DNA of 64,000 nt from an uncultured delta proteobacterium (GTDB lineage: Bacteria > Desulfobacterota > Zymogenia > Zymogenales > Zymogenaceae). Position 1 is the first letter of the stretch, and each line of letters begins with the position of its first letter. Both the position numbers and the translations under genes were made by a program. Shown piece by piece: positions 31,971 through 40,976 of this stretch. The stretch covers positions 928,001-992,000 of the forward strand of contig CAVTLK010000001.1 of NCBI GenBank assembly GCA_963735595.1, read 5' to 3'. The notes beneath the pieces were generated by a model. It was given only the letters and a program-made list of their open reading frames with translations, had not been told where the DNA came from and searched no databases.

Positions 31971-32927
31971 ATGAAAACACTCGTGATACTGTGCCTCTTC
32001 CTGATCCTCACGGCGGCCCCGCTCACGGTACTGGCCGCCACCGTCACCATTGTCCATTCGTGCGACAACTATGGTGAGGTCATCCCCTGTGGGTGAGAAG
32101 GCAAACGGCTGGGTGGTTTCGCCCGGCGCGCCACCGTGCTTAACGAGATCAGGAAGAACTATCCCAATGTCCTGGTCGCGGACGCGGGTAACTCCCTGTT
32201 TGCGGCGACACGGTTGTCTTCGATTCACGAAGTGGCCGATAAGGAGGCCGCCCGGTACGTCGCCAAAGGCATGAGCCTGCTCAAATACGACGTCGCCAAC
32301 ATCGGCCCCAACGATCTGGCGGCGGGTATCGATTTCCTCCTCGATATCAGGAAAGACGCCGGCTTCACGATGATCAGCTCAAATATCGTCTCGTCTAAGA
32401 CTGCCGCGCCGATATTCGAGGCGTCGGTAGTCAAGACGATCGGGGGCGTCAGGGTGGGATTTTTCGGGGTCGCCGACGGCAATACCTCCGGCGCGCCCGA
32501 TGGAGAGGGCTTTTTGTTTTTCGACCCCGAGACAACCGGGAGGCGCATGGTCGCCGAACTCTCGAAAAAGACGGACGTTATCGTAGCCCTGCTGGCGATG
32601 GACCGGAAAGATGCGTATGATTTTGCCGCGGCTGTGCCGGGAATCGACCTCATCGTTACGACGGCCCAGCCCCAGCCGATCCCGGTCCCGAAATCGATTG
32701 CCGCAACCTGGATAGCCAGCGGCGACGAAAAGGGGAAACGCCTCGGCAGGACCACGCTTGTCGTCGGCCCGTCTCGCCCCTACAGGGTCACCGGAGAGAT
32801 CATCCCGATCGGCTCCCTGATCAACCGGGATTCCTCGATCAACAAGCTAGAAGACGATTACTATAACTGGCTCAAGGAGTATTCCCCGGAGTCCGCGGGC
32901 GACCCGCCCGATACGATGGATGAGTAG
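31971..32927 (+). CDS. Secreted UshA-like (5'-nucleotidase N-domain) selenoprotein, CGU motif (Sec42)
   Basis: Signal peptide, then HSCDNYGEVIPCG-TGA(32094-32096)-EGKRLGGFARRAT in frame with the 32136-32927 ORF (DAGN, GPND, ISSN). Confidence 0.85.
32108..32127 (+). promoter_or_regulatory. Bacterial SECIS-like hairpin
   Basis: GCUGGGUG-GUUU-CGCCCGGC (8 bp including GU pairs), after an 11-nt spacer from the UGA. Confidence 0.65.
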
Positions 32928-32930
32928 CTG

Positions 32931-33533
32931 ATGCCACACGAGATAACCGGCGTGATCCTGGCGGGCGGGTCTTCCCACAGGATGGGTACCGACAAATCGT
33001 TCCTCGACCTGGGTGGTGAGCCGGTCATTGCGCACGTAATCAAGGTGATGGCCGCGGCGTTCCCGCGCGTGCTGCTGGTCACCAATGATCCCGATAAATA
33101 CGCCCGGTTCGGCCTTCCGATGACGCCCGACATCATACCCGGCATCGGGACGCTCGGAGGAATCCATGCAGGGCTCTCCTCTTTGAAGGGAGGCGGCGCT
33201 TTTTTTACCGCCGCCGACATGCCCTTTATCAAGCGCGCCCTGATCGATTATATGGTGGGGGCCTTCCATGAGACCGACGCCGTCGTCCCCTATATCAACG
33301 GGGAATACGAGCCGCTCCTGGCCATTTACTCCAGGCGGTGCCTCAAGGCGATCGAGAAGACCATCGCCTCCCGAAAACGCCGCGCGGTCGGTTTCCTGTC
33401 CAGTGTGCGCCTCAGGACGATACGGGACGACGAGTTCCGATCGGTCGATCCCGACTTCATTTCAACGTTTAATATCAATACGCCCGAGGATTATGTGCGG
33501 GCGCGGCTGATTGTGAAGGAGCAGGGCCGGTGA
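32931..33533 (+). CDS. mobA: Molybdenum cofactor guanylyltransferase
   Basis: ILAGGSSHRMGTDK, G.LGGIHAGL, ADMPF, EPLLAIY and FNINTPED. Confidence 0.92.
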   Translation: MPHEITGVILAGGSSHRMGTDKSFLDLGGEPVIAHVIKVMAAAFPRVLLVTNDPDKYARFGLPMTPDIIPGIGTLGGIHAGLSSLKGGGAFFTAADMPFIKRALIDYMVGAFHETDAVVPYINGEYEPLLAIYSRRCLKAIEKTIASRKRRAVGFLSSVRLRTIRDDEFRSVDPDFISTFNINTPEDYVRARLIVKEQGR

Positions 33534-34024
33534 TACCCATCGTCAGCATCGTCGGGTGGTCGGACAGCGGCAAGACCACCTACCTCGAAAAGCTGATACC
33601 CGAGCTGGCCGGGCGCGGGTACCGGATATGCGCCGTCAAGCACGATGTGCACGGTTTTGAGATCGATACGCCCGGCAAGGACAGCTGGCGTCTCAAGCGC
33701 GCCGGCGCCGCCGTTAGCGTGGTATCGGGGCCCGAGAGAATCGCCGTCGTTGCCGACACGGGCCGCGACCTGACGCTCTCCGAGATCCGGGAGCGCTTCA
33801 TCTCGGACGTGGACCTCATCGTCTCCGAGGGCTTCAAAAAAGATATCCACCCGAAGATCGAGGTCTTCCGCAAAGGCGTTCGGGACATGCTCTTGTGTAC
33901 GGCGGCCGACGGCTTGATCGCGGTGGCCGCGGACTGCCCGATCCCTTCGGAGGCACCGGTCATCGACCTGGATGACGTCGGTGCGATGGCAGATTTGATC
34001 GAGAAGGCGGTCATAAAGGCGTAA
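33530..34024 (+). CDS. mobB: Molybdopterin-guanine dinucleotide biosynthesis protein B
   Basis: GWSDSGKTT, VKHDVHGFEIDTPGKDS and EGFK. Confidence 0.93.
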   Translation: MIPIVSIVGWSDSGKTTYLEKLIPELAGRGYRICAVKHDVHGFEIDTPGKDSWRLKRAGAAVSVVSGPERIAVVADTGRDLTLSEIRERFISDVDLIVSEGFKKDIHPKIEVFRKGVRDMLLCTAADGLIAVAADCPIPSEAPVIDLDDVGAMADLIEKAVIKA

Positions 34025-34084
34025 CACTTCCCTATCGGCCGCCGCACGTATCCCGCCGTTCCATGAATAGACAAGGAGTTATCA

Positions 34085-34900
34085 ATGATCATCGACACCC
34101 ACTCCCAGCTCTGGACGAAGGAGGCCATCGAAAGCTTCCCCAAGGCGATGGCCGAAGGGTACAAGGCCATGTTCAAGGACATGGGCTTCCCCTCGATCGA
34201 AGACACGCTGGCGGACATGGACGCCGCCGGCGTCGACAAGGCCGTCATCGTTGCGGTGGACGCCGAGACCATCCACAACTACCGGGTCTCAAACGACCTC
34301 GTGGCCGAGACGGTCTCTAAACACCCGGACCGGCTCATCGGTTTTGCAAGCGTCGATCCCCATAAAGGGGATAAAGGAGTAAGGGAGCTCGAACGGGCGG
34401 TCGGGGACCTGAAGCTCAGGGGATTGAAATTACTGCCCCACCTCGTGGAGCTTGATATAAACGACCCGGTAATCTACCCGCTGTACGAGGCGGCCCAGGA
34501 GCTGGGCGTACCCGTTCTCTTTCATACCGGCACGCAGTTCCACGCGGGAACAAAGATAAAATACTGCCGCCCGCTGTTCGTTGACGACGTAGCGGTCGAC
34601 TTCCCGCGCCTGAAACTGGTCATAGCCCATTTCGGCTATCCCTGGTGGGAGGAGGCGCTGGCCGTGGTCAGGAGGAACCCCTTCGTCTATTTCAACATAG
34701 CCGGCTGGGCGCCCCGATACATCCCTGAAGGAGTCATCCGCCTTGCCGATACGGCGCTGACGGGCAAGGTCCTGTTCGGCAGCGACTACCCGCTCCTTTC
34801 CCGGGTCCGCATCATGAAGGAGATCAGGGAGCTCGGCATCAAGGAGACGACGTTTGCGGCGATGACCGATACCAACCCGAGGGCGCTCCTCGGGATCTGA
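34085..34900 (+). CDS. Amidohydrolase_2 family protein
   Basis: IIDTH, GFASVDP, GLKL, LFHTG, AHFGYPW and FGSDYP. Confidence 0.88.
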   Translation: MIIDTHSQLWTKEAIESFPKAMAEGYKAMFKDMGFPSIEDTLADMDAAGVDKAVIVAVDAETIHNYRVSNDLVAETVSKHPDRLIGFASVDPHKGDKGVRELERAVGDLKLRGLKLLPHLVELDINDPVIYPLYEAAQELGVPVLFHTGTQFHAGTKIKYCRPLFVDDVAVDFPRLKLVIAHFGYPWWEEALAVVRRNPFVYFNIAGWAPRYIPEGVIRLADTALTGKVLFGSDYPLLSRVRIMKEIRELGIKETTFAAMTDTNPRALLGI

Positions 34901-34946
34901 CTCCGGTAGAGACGCGGGTCTGTCTCCGGGTAATAGGGCACATGGT

Positions 34947-35144
34947 ATGGACTGTACGGAGCTGAAGAAGAATCTGGATCGATGCGGGTGCACGTACATC
35001 GCCTGTTCCCGAAAGGGCCTGTGCTGCGAGTGTGTCGCTCATCATCGCAAGAAGAACGAGATACCGGGATGTTTCTTCCCTCCCGGGGACGAGAAGACCT
35101 ACGACCGCTCGATCGCGCGGTTCATCAGGGCCTGGTCGAAATAG
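34947..35144 (+). CDS. Small Cys-rich protein (DUF6485-like)
   Basis: CxCTY..CSRKGLCCECV.HH...E.PGCFF...EKTYDRS. Confidence 0.75.
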   Translation: MDCTELKKNLDRCGCTYIACSRKGLCCECVAHHRKKNEIPGCFFPPGDEKTYDRSIARFIRAWSK

Positions 35145-35160
35145 GCCGCATCTTCACATA

Positions 35161-35185
35161 AAAAGGCCCCCCGGTGGGGGGCCTG
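35161..35185. terminator. Hairpin terminator between convergent genes
   Basis: AAAAGGCCCCCC-GGT-GGGGGGCCT. Confidence 0.55.
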
Positions 35186-35293
35186 AATGTCGCGAAACGG
35201 GACGGCCGGTCGGCCACGATACGCCTGACGGGCCTGACCGCTGACGGCTATACGACGCCCGGGCGTCGCCGGACCGGGCGGAGACCGATTGGC

Positions 35294-35824
35294 CTATTTA
35301 TTATTCTTGAGGGCGGCGTCCAGCCGCTTCTTGAGATCGGCGATCTCGGCATCCTTTTTTTCAAGCAATGATTCCAGATCCACCCGGGTTTGCTTGAGCT
35401 CATCGCGGTTGCGCTTGCGCTCGATGGAATGACGGATCGAGCGGATAAGGACCGCGGGATTTACGATCCCCTTGAACAGGTAGTCCTGCGCGCCCTCCCT
35501 GACGGCGAGGATCGCCGTTTCGTCATCCTCGAGGGCCGACATCACCACGACCGGGACATCCGTAGCGGCTTCCCGTAGCTTGAAAAAGGTGAATATCCCC
35601 TCGCTGTCGGGAAGCAACAGGTCCAGCAGGACTACGTCGATTCCGCCGCCCTTTAGCCGGCTGATACCCTTTTCGAGGTTCTCGACCCGCTCGAAATTGA
35701 ACGGCTCGCCTTCTATCTCGGTAATCATCTTCTGGACCATCCGGGCAAACCCGGTATCATCCTCGATGAGCAAGACCTGTGTGGAACCATCCCCGCCGAT
35801 CTTTCCGACTTCCCAATGCGGCAT
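35294..35824 (-). CDS. Response regulator receiver with C-terminal coiled coil
   Basis: LLIEDD, LLDLLLPDS and GAQDYLFK. Confidence 0.9.
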   Translation of the reverse strand: MPHWEVGKIGGDGSTQVLLIEDDTGFARMVQKMITEIEGEPFNFERVENLEKGISRLKGGGIDVVLLDLLLPDSEGIFTFFKLREAATDVPVVVMSALEDDETAILAVREGAQDYLFKGIVNPAVLIRSIRHSIERKRNRDELKQTRVDLESLLEKKDAEIADLKKRLDAALKNNK

Positions 35825-36234
35825 CTTCGTAGCTCCTTAGTAATTGACCCTTCAAATAGGATGTGCAGGCGGTATGATGATGTACAGGATGGTTAGGCCT
35901 GTGCCCGCTCTTTAACGGTCACAAAATGAGAGCATTTATTTATCTATCATCATTTCTTAATAATGTCAATCATATTCAGGCCCGATTTGAGTTGCCGGTT
36001 CGTTTTAAGTTCTATATCGGATCGGGACGTGGACGCCGGCAATCACGAGGAGAGACCGTGTAGTAGGACACGCTGAGACGAGACAACGGATGTCGTCCCT
36101 TCGATCACGATTGAAGAAATATATAAAAAAAGTGAAAAACTGTATGGATATTGTAAGAGAAATACTCTATAATTCGGCCAATACTGGATTATGTCTCTGT
36201 GTTAGTCTTTCACTACACCACCAAGAGGCGTATC

Positions 36235-36822
36235 ATGGGCGAGGAGCAGAAAATGGCGACGAACATGGCGATACGGGCGGCAGTCGACGGGATTCACGAG
36301 ATCGTTGGAGATAACGGCGCGAAGATCCTCTTCAGAAATATCGGTTTTTCTCATATCTACGAGAACCCCCCCGGATACACCTGGGAGCCCTGTATGACGG
36401 TGCCGGAGCAGGCCAAGATTTACGGCGAGATCATCAACCTGGTCGGCCTGAACGGAGGTATCGGCATCTGGCGGCGGATCGGTTATACTAACATTAAATA
36501 TGCCGTGGAGATCGGGCACGTCCTTGACGCGTTCATGGACCTCCCGCCGGCCGAGAAGTACCTCCGGGGCATGGAAATCTTCTGCGCCGCCTCCGGCAAG
36601 GGTAAGCCCGTTCCCCGCGAGGACGGCCTTGCCGATTTTGACTGCCCCGACTGCCTGTTGTGCGCTGCGTACAAGACCGACCGGGTCATGTGCGGTGTAT
36701 ATGAAGGCACCACCCAGTTCATGGTCGATTTTGCCTTTGGCAAGGGGAAATACCTGGTGCGGGAGACCATGTGCAAGGCTAAGGGCGACGAGACCTGCTA
36801 TTTTACCCTCATACAAAAATAG
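36235..36822 (+). CDS. Stand-alone V4R-domain protein
   Basis: IVGDNGAKILF, DCLLC...VMC...ETMCKAKGDETCYF. Confidence 0.8.
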   Translation: MGEEQKMATNMAIRAAVDGIHEIVGDNGAKILFRNIGFSHIYENPPGYTWEPCMTVPEQAKIYGEIINLVGLNGGIGIWRRIGYTNIKYAVEIGHVLDAFMDLPPAEKYLRGMEIFCAASGKGKPVPREDGLADFDCPDCLLCAAYKTDRVMCGVYEGTTQFMVDFAFGKGKYLVRETMCKAKGDETCYFTLIQK

Positions 36823-37095
36823 GACCGGGCCTCGGCCGTCGCATTACCGCCGCCTTATCCCCATCCCGTACCGCCCGGGCGGCCGATGCGACGTTGGGCC
36901 GCCCGCCCGTGCAGGCCGGTGGCGCGTTCCGTAATACGTAATTGAGTAGTCTCGCGAAAGACCTTCCAAAAATGCGACAATAATCCCCTAAAAGATGATA
37001 GAGTAATCGATAGGCAGTCAAACCGATGGAATCGACGCATATGCGCCGCGCTGCCCGACGCTGACCGATTACACCGTACATGAGAGGGCCCGCAT

Positions 37096-37998
37096 ATGTT
37101 GCCGACGTTCCCGGAATTCAAACCGATAGAGCTTTCAGACCGCCCGGACATCACCGGGTTTCTGGACCGCTACCGTCCTCGCACCTCCGAGCTGACGTTC
37201 ACCAATCTCTTCATCTGGAGACGATATTTCCAATGGGAGTGGTCGATCCTCGACGGCCGGCTGATCGTTATCGCGGCGGCGACGACGGGCGGCGGATTTG
37301 CCCTCCCCCCCGTCGGTGACGCACCCCGCGCCGACGTCACCCGGTCCCTTCTTGACTACCTGGGCCGCAACCGGGGGGTCCAAACTCCCGGCATCCAGCG
37401 GGCCGACCGCCGGCTCGCCGACGAGCTGGCCAACGCGGACGGTTTTACCGTTGACGAGACCCGGGAGCACTTCGACTACGTCTACGCGTCAAAAGACCTT
37501 ATCGAGCTTGCCGGCAGGAAATATCACGCCAAACGTAACTACATCAACCGGTTCCGAATGGAATACGAGTTTACCTACGAGCCGCTGGCCGATACCCACG
37601 TAGCCGCCTGCCTTGACCTCGCCGACGAGTGGTGCCGGGCCCGCCGCTGCTGGGACGACCTGGGCCTTTCGGGGGAACACGAAGCCGTCAGGGAGGCCCT
37701 TACGCACCACGCCGACCTGGGCCTTTCCGGCGGAGTGATAACAATGGACGGGAAGGTGCGGGCCTTTACGCTGGCCGAGGCCCTTAACGGCGATACGGCC
37801 GTCATCCACGTGGAGAAAGCCGATCCCGATGTCCGGGGGCTTTACGCGATGATCAACCAGCAATTCTGCCGGCAGTCCCTTTCGGGATTTGCCCATGTCA
37901 ACCGTGAGCAGGATTTGGGAGACGAGGGGCTGCGCAAGGCCAAGGAGTCTTACTTTCCCGAACGGCTGGAGGAGAAGTACCGGGTGACGATGAGATGA
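37096..37998 (+). CDS. DUF2156 / aminoacyl-phosphatidylglycerol synthase C-terminal-like protein
   Basis: SELTFTNL, DYVY..DLIELAGRKYHAKRN, HVEKAD and NREQDLGDEGLRKAKESY. Confidence 0.88.
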   Translation: MLPTFPEFKPIELSDRPDITGFLDRYRPRTSELTFTNLFIWRRYFQWEWSILDGRLIVIAAATTGGGFALPPVGDAPRADVTRSLLDYLGRNRGVQTPGIQRADRRLADELANADGFTVDETREHFDYVYASKDLIELAGRKYHAKRNYINRFRMEYEFTYEPLADTHVAACLDLADEWCRARRCWDDLGLSGEHEAVREALTHHADLGLSGGVITMDGKVRAFTLAEALNGDTAVIHVEKADPDVRGLYAMINQQFCRQSLSGFAHVNREQDLGDEGLRKAKESYFPERLEEKYRVTMR

Positions 37999-38077
37999 GA
38001 TCATAGCGTGTACCTCTTTTGGAACTGGCTTTTTATCGGGTTGTGATTTCAGCGCTTATCAAGTATAATAAAGGGTA

Positions 38078-38464
38078 ATGAAAGATATCGTTAAGAATTG
38101 GATAGATTCGGCCACATATGATCTTGACACTGCCGAGCATCTATTCGAGAGCGGTAGGTACATCTATTGCGTTTTCTTTTGCCACCTTGCCCTCGAAAAG
38201 GTATTGAAGGCGGCCGTCGAGAAGACGACAAATAGCCATCCTCCTAAGACGCATGACCTGGAGTATTTGTTGGAGCTCTCCGGCATCGACATCGATGAGG
38301 AAAGGGAGGCGTTCCTCGGCGATATCAGCAACGTAAGCACGGCGACGCGATACCCTAACGACACCGAACGCTTAGTTAGGGAATACTCAAAAGATCGAAC
38401 AAAGAAGATCCTCACCCGAACAAAGGAGGTATTTCGGTGGATAGAGCAATTAATAAAATCGTAG
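38078..38464 (+). CDS. HEPN domain protein (toxin-like)
   Basis: W...A.YDL..AE.L...GRY...VFFCH.ALEK.LKA, KTHDL..L and TRYP. Confidence 0.88.
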   Translation: MKDIVKNWIDSATYDLDTAEHLFESGRYIYCVFFCHLALEKVLKAAVEKTTNSHPPKTHDLEYLLELSGIDIDEEREAFLGDISNVSTATRYPNDTERLVREYSKDRTKKILTRTKEVFRWIEQLIKS

Positions 38465-38754
38465 CCGAATACCGGGATCGGCTGGAGAAGAAAGGCATCG
38501 CCGTTAAGAAAATTATTCTGTACGGCTCGCAAGCCATTGGCACTACTCATAAAGACAGTGATATCGATCTTGCCGTTATCTCCGATGATTTCAAGGAAAT
38601 GGATCTCTTTGAGCGCTTGAGCTTCCTCGGGCGTATGCGCGTCGGTTTACGGAGACCGATGGAAATCATCGGCCTGACCGAGGAAGAATACGATCGTCCG
38701 CCGACGTCGTTCATCCGCGACGAGGTGAAGGCGAAGGGGATAGTTATTAGGTAG
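38437..38754 (+). CDS. Minimal nucleotidyltransferase (MNT) antitoxin-like
   Basis: ILYGSQAIG...DSDIDLAVIS (GSx10DxD). Overlaps HEPN. Confidence 0.9.
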   Translation: MDRAINKIVAEYRDRLEKKGIAVKKIILYGSQAIGTTHKDSDIDLAVISDDFKEMDLFERLSFLGRMRVGLRRPMEIIGLTEEEYDRPPTSFIRDEVKAKGIVIR

Positions 38755-38755
38755 G

Positions 38756-39055
38756 ATGGAAGACCTATCGGAGATATATACCAAGTTAATGGCAATCGAA
38801 AATCTATCGGGCATTGAGAACGATAGAGCCATAAGCCACATTGGCGAATTGGCAAATACCTCTCTTGACCTGCGCAAAGAAGAAGGATTAGAAAGGGCAA
38901 TAAGCCTATCGGAGGAGCTTGAAAGAAGGGATCTCGCTCCCGCCCAGTATTCGGTATTCTATTATAATTTCGCAAACTTCTGGTCTTGGATAGGAAAACT
39001 GAGGAGAAAAGGAACCGAGCGGTTGGAGGAGAAGTACCGGGTGGGGTTGAAATGA
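38756..39055 (+). pseudogene. Truncated helical/TPR-like N-terminal fragment fused to the duplicated DUF2156 tail
   Basis: About 86-aa helical fragment that then ends ERLEEKYRVGLK*, the repeat copy. Confidence 0.5.
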
Positions 39056-39088
39056 GGCTGTCCTATCGTAAGGTAAGCCGTTTCCCCT

Positions 39089-39463
39089 TTAGGCCGGGTC
39101 CGCCGGCCATAGCCTATTCTCATGTTCCTTGTCGAACGCCGGCGAATTGGCCGTCAGGTATTCCAGGGCGACGGTTCCGGTGTTTTTGATCCCGTGCTTC
39201 CTGTTTGAGGGTATATAGATCGCGTCTCCTTCGGTAACCTCCCTGGTCTCCCCGTCAATGATCATGAGGCCCTTCCCCTTGACTATATAGTAGCATTGTT
39301 CGGGGCCGTGGCTGTGAACCGGCTGTTCGGAGGCAACGGGTACCTCCGAGACCTGTATGGAAACATGTCTAGTCGGGCTATTCTGCGGACTGATGAGCAG
39401 CCATGACGTGAGCGTTTGCAGCGACCCGGTATTCTTTGAGTTGGCCCTGTTGAAGACTTCCAT
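39089..39463 (-). CDS. Cupin domain protein
   Basis: HSHGPEQCYYIVKGKG...GDAIYIPSNRKHGIKN, with a GGAGG RBS. Confidence 0.88.
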   Translation of the reverse strand: MEVFNRANSKNTGSLQTLTSWLLISPQNSPTRHVSIQVSEVPVASEQPVHSHGPEQCYYIVKGKGLMIIDGETREVTEGDAIYIPSNRKHGIKNTGTVALEYLTANSPAFDKEHENRLWPADPA

Positions 39464-39554
39464 GCGTTCCTCCGAAAAATGTCCGGTTCGGCTCCCAGCC
39501 ATTTTGTTGGGCTACACGACTCCCTGCCGACATCCCCGTTATCCCTGTTGACAT

Positions 39555-39584
39555 AAAAAAGGGCCGTTTCCCCGGCCCTTTTTA
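39555..39584. terminator. Terminator downstream of bactofilin
   Basis: AAAAAAGGGCC-N7-GGCCCTTTTT. Confidence 0.55.
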
Positions 39585-39607
39585 AACTCACGGTATGTCT
39601 GGACGGT

Positions 39608-40081
39608 CTATTCCAGTCCCGGGGTCTCCGGCTCCAGGATGATCGGCTCGCCCGTCTTTTCCTTTTTGACCTGTTTTTCCTTTTTCATAGTGATGTTGCC
39701 CTCGAAGAGGACGCCGTCGGCAATCATCAGGCGGTTGGCGTTGATATCGCCGAATATCTGGCCGGTTGGCTGCGCTTCGAGGATGTTGCGCGCCTCTATA
39801 TTCCCGGTGATCTTGCCGGCAATGATGATATCGTCGGCCTTGATATTGCCCTTTATCTCGCCGGTCTCGCCCACGATCACCTTGGACGAGATGTTTAGCT
39901 CGCCCTTGACGATCCCGTCGATGCCGACGCTCGTTCCGCCGGTGATTTTACCCTCCACCGTCGTCCCCTTGGCAATATAGCACTCGCAGTCCCGCCTCGG
40001 GCGGGTTGTCATATCGATATCGGCGCTGCCCCTCTTTGCCTCCTCGCTCTGCTCTTCTATCTTTTTATCAAAAAATCCCAT
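39608..40081 (-). CDS. Bactofilin (polymer-forming cytoskeletal protein)
   Basis: IAKGTTVEGKI...IDG.VKG...G.I.G.I.A beta-helix repeats. Confidence 0.9.
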   Translation of the reverse strand: MGFFDKKIEEQSEEAKRGSADIDMTTRPRRDCECYIAKGTTVEGKITGGTSVGIDGIVKGELNISSKVIVGETGEIKGNIKADDIIIAGKITGNIEARNILEAQPTGQIFGDINANRLMIADGVLFEGNITMKKEKQVKKEKTGEPIILEPETPGLE

Positions 40082-40329
40082 ATACGTGCCTCCTTTTCTT
40101 AGCTAATCACGATATACCAGCCGGGCCCGATTGTCAAGAGGTTATTGAAAAAGCGGAGCCGGCGGGGCGGCCGGGCCCCCGGGCAAATAGACATACAAAA
40201 AAAAGTGTGACGGGGAAAACAGAAATCCGCCGAAGGTTAAAGGAAAATTGATATAATAGTCCGTACGGCGGCACAGGCGCCGTGCTCAGGCCCCGTGACT
40301 AATAAATTACCAACAAATGGAGAGCGGCC

Positions 40330-40884
40330 ATGTTGAAACAGAGTAAGGTACAGGAACGTGCTCCGGCGAATAGGCACCCGGCGTATGACAGGGTCGTCCG
40401 GTTCTTCTCGGACAGGTCGGTATGGATTCCCGCCGTTATGTGCGTCGTTATCGTCCTCTTGGTGGCGGCCACGATCGTCATCGCGCTCCAGGTGAGCTGC
40501 CTGCACGGCCGGGTAGCATCGGCGGAGGAGAAGCTGGCGGCCCTCACCGAAAGCACCGCCAGCCTCCAGCCCGGCTGGGTCGACAGCTCGTTTGTCGACG
40601 TCCAGCCCATCGGCCTGGGGTTCTCGCTAGTCGATTTAAAGACGGAGACGGTTGACGCCGGGGTGCGGGTTACCGGCGCGATCATCAACGGGGGCAGCCT
40701 TAACCACTATGACGCGGCCTTTACCGTCAGCCTCGGGGCTAACAGGCAGGCAAAGGTCGTTATCCCGGAGCTTGCCGCCGGCCACAGCGCCCCGTTTGAG
40801 GCAATCGTCGGCCCGGCCGCAGACAAGAGCGTCCCGAAAAAGGTGCGCATCCTCTTTGCGGGCTCCACGGTGTCGTATTACTAA
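40330..40884 (+). CDS. Hypothetical membrane-anchored protein
   Basis: One TM, a short coil and a beta-rich C-terminal domain. GGAGAG RBS. Confidence 0.65.
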   Translation: MLKQSKVQERAPANRHPAYDRVVRFFSDRSVWIPAVMCVVIVLLVAATIVIALQVSCLHGRVASAEEKLAALTESTASLQPGWVDSSFVDVQPIGLGFSLVDLKTETVDAGVRVTGAIINGGSLNHYDAAFTVSLGANRQAKVVIPELAAGHSAPFEAIVGPAADKSVPKKVRILFAGSTVSYY

Positions 40885-40976
40885 ACGGGTTCGATTACCC
40901 GCAGGTTTCGGAACCGGCGTCGATGCCCCGCGGAGGATTGCGGGGTTGACATCGTAAAGGCGGGAGGATAGTCGCG

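Larger units (their letters stand above)
37958..39043. mobile_element. About 1.1-kb islet bounded by a direct repeat of the DUF2156 gene 3' end
   Basis: 29-bp repeat at 37958-37986 and 39015-39043 with 2 mismatches and a perfect 20-mer TGGAGGAGAAGTACCGGGTG. The interior looks more AT-rich and carries HEPN-MNT. Confidence 0.65.

Noticed and set aside
36015..36110. Second copy of the GATCGGGAC...GCTGAGA leader motif upstream of the V4R gene
   Set aside because: Only short word matches; the stem arrangement differs from the 54.8-kb element.
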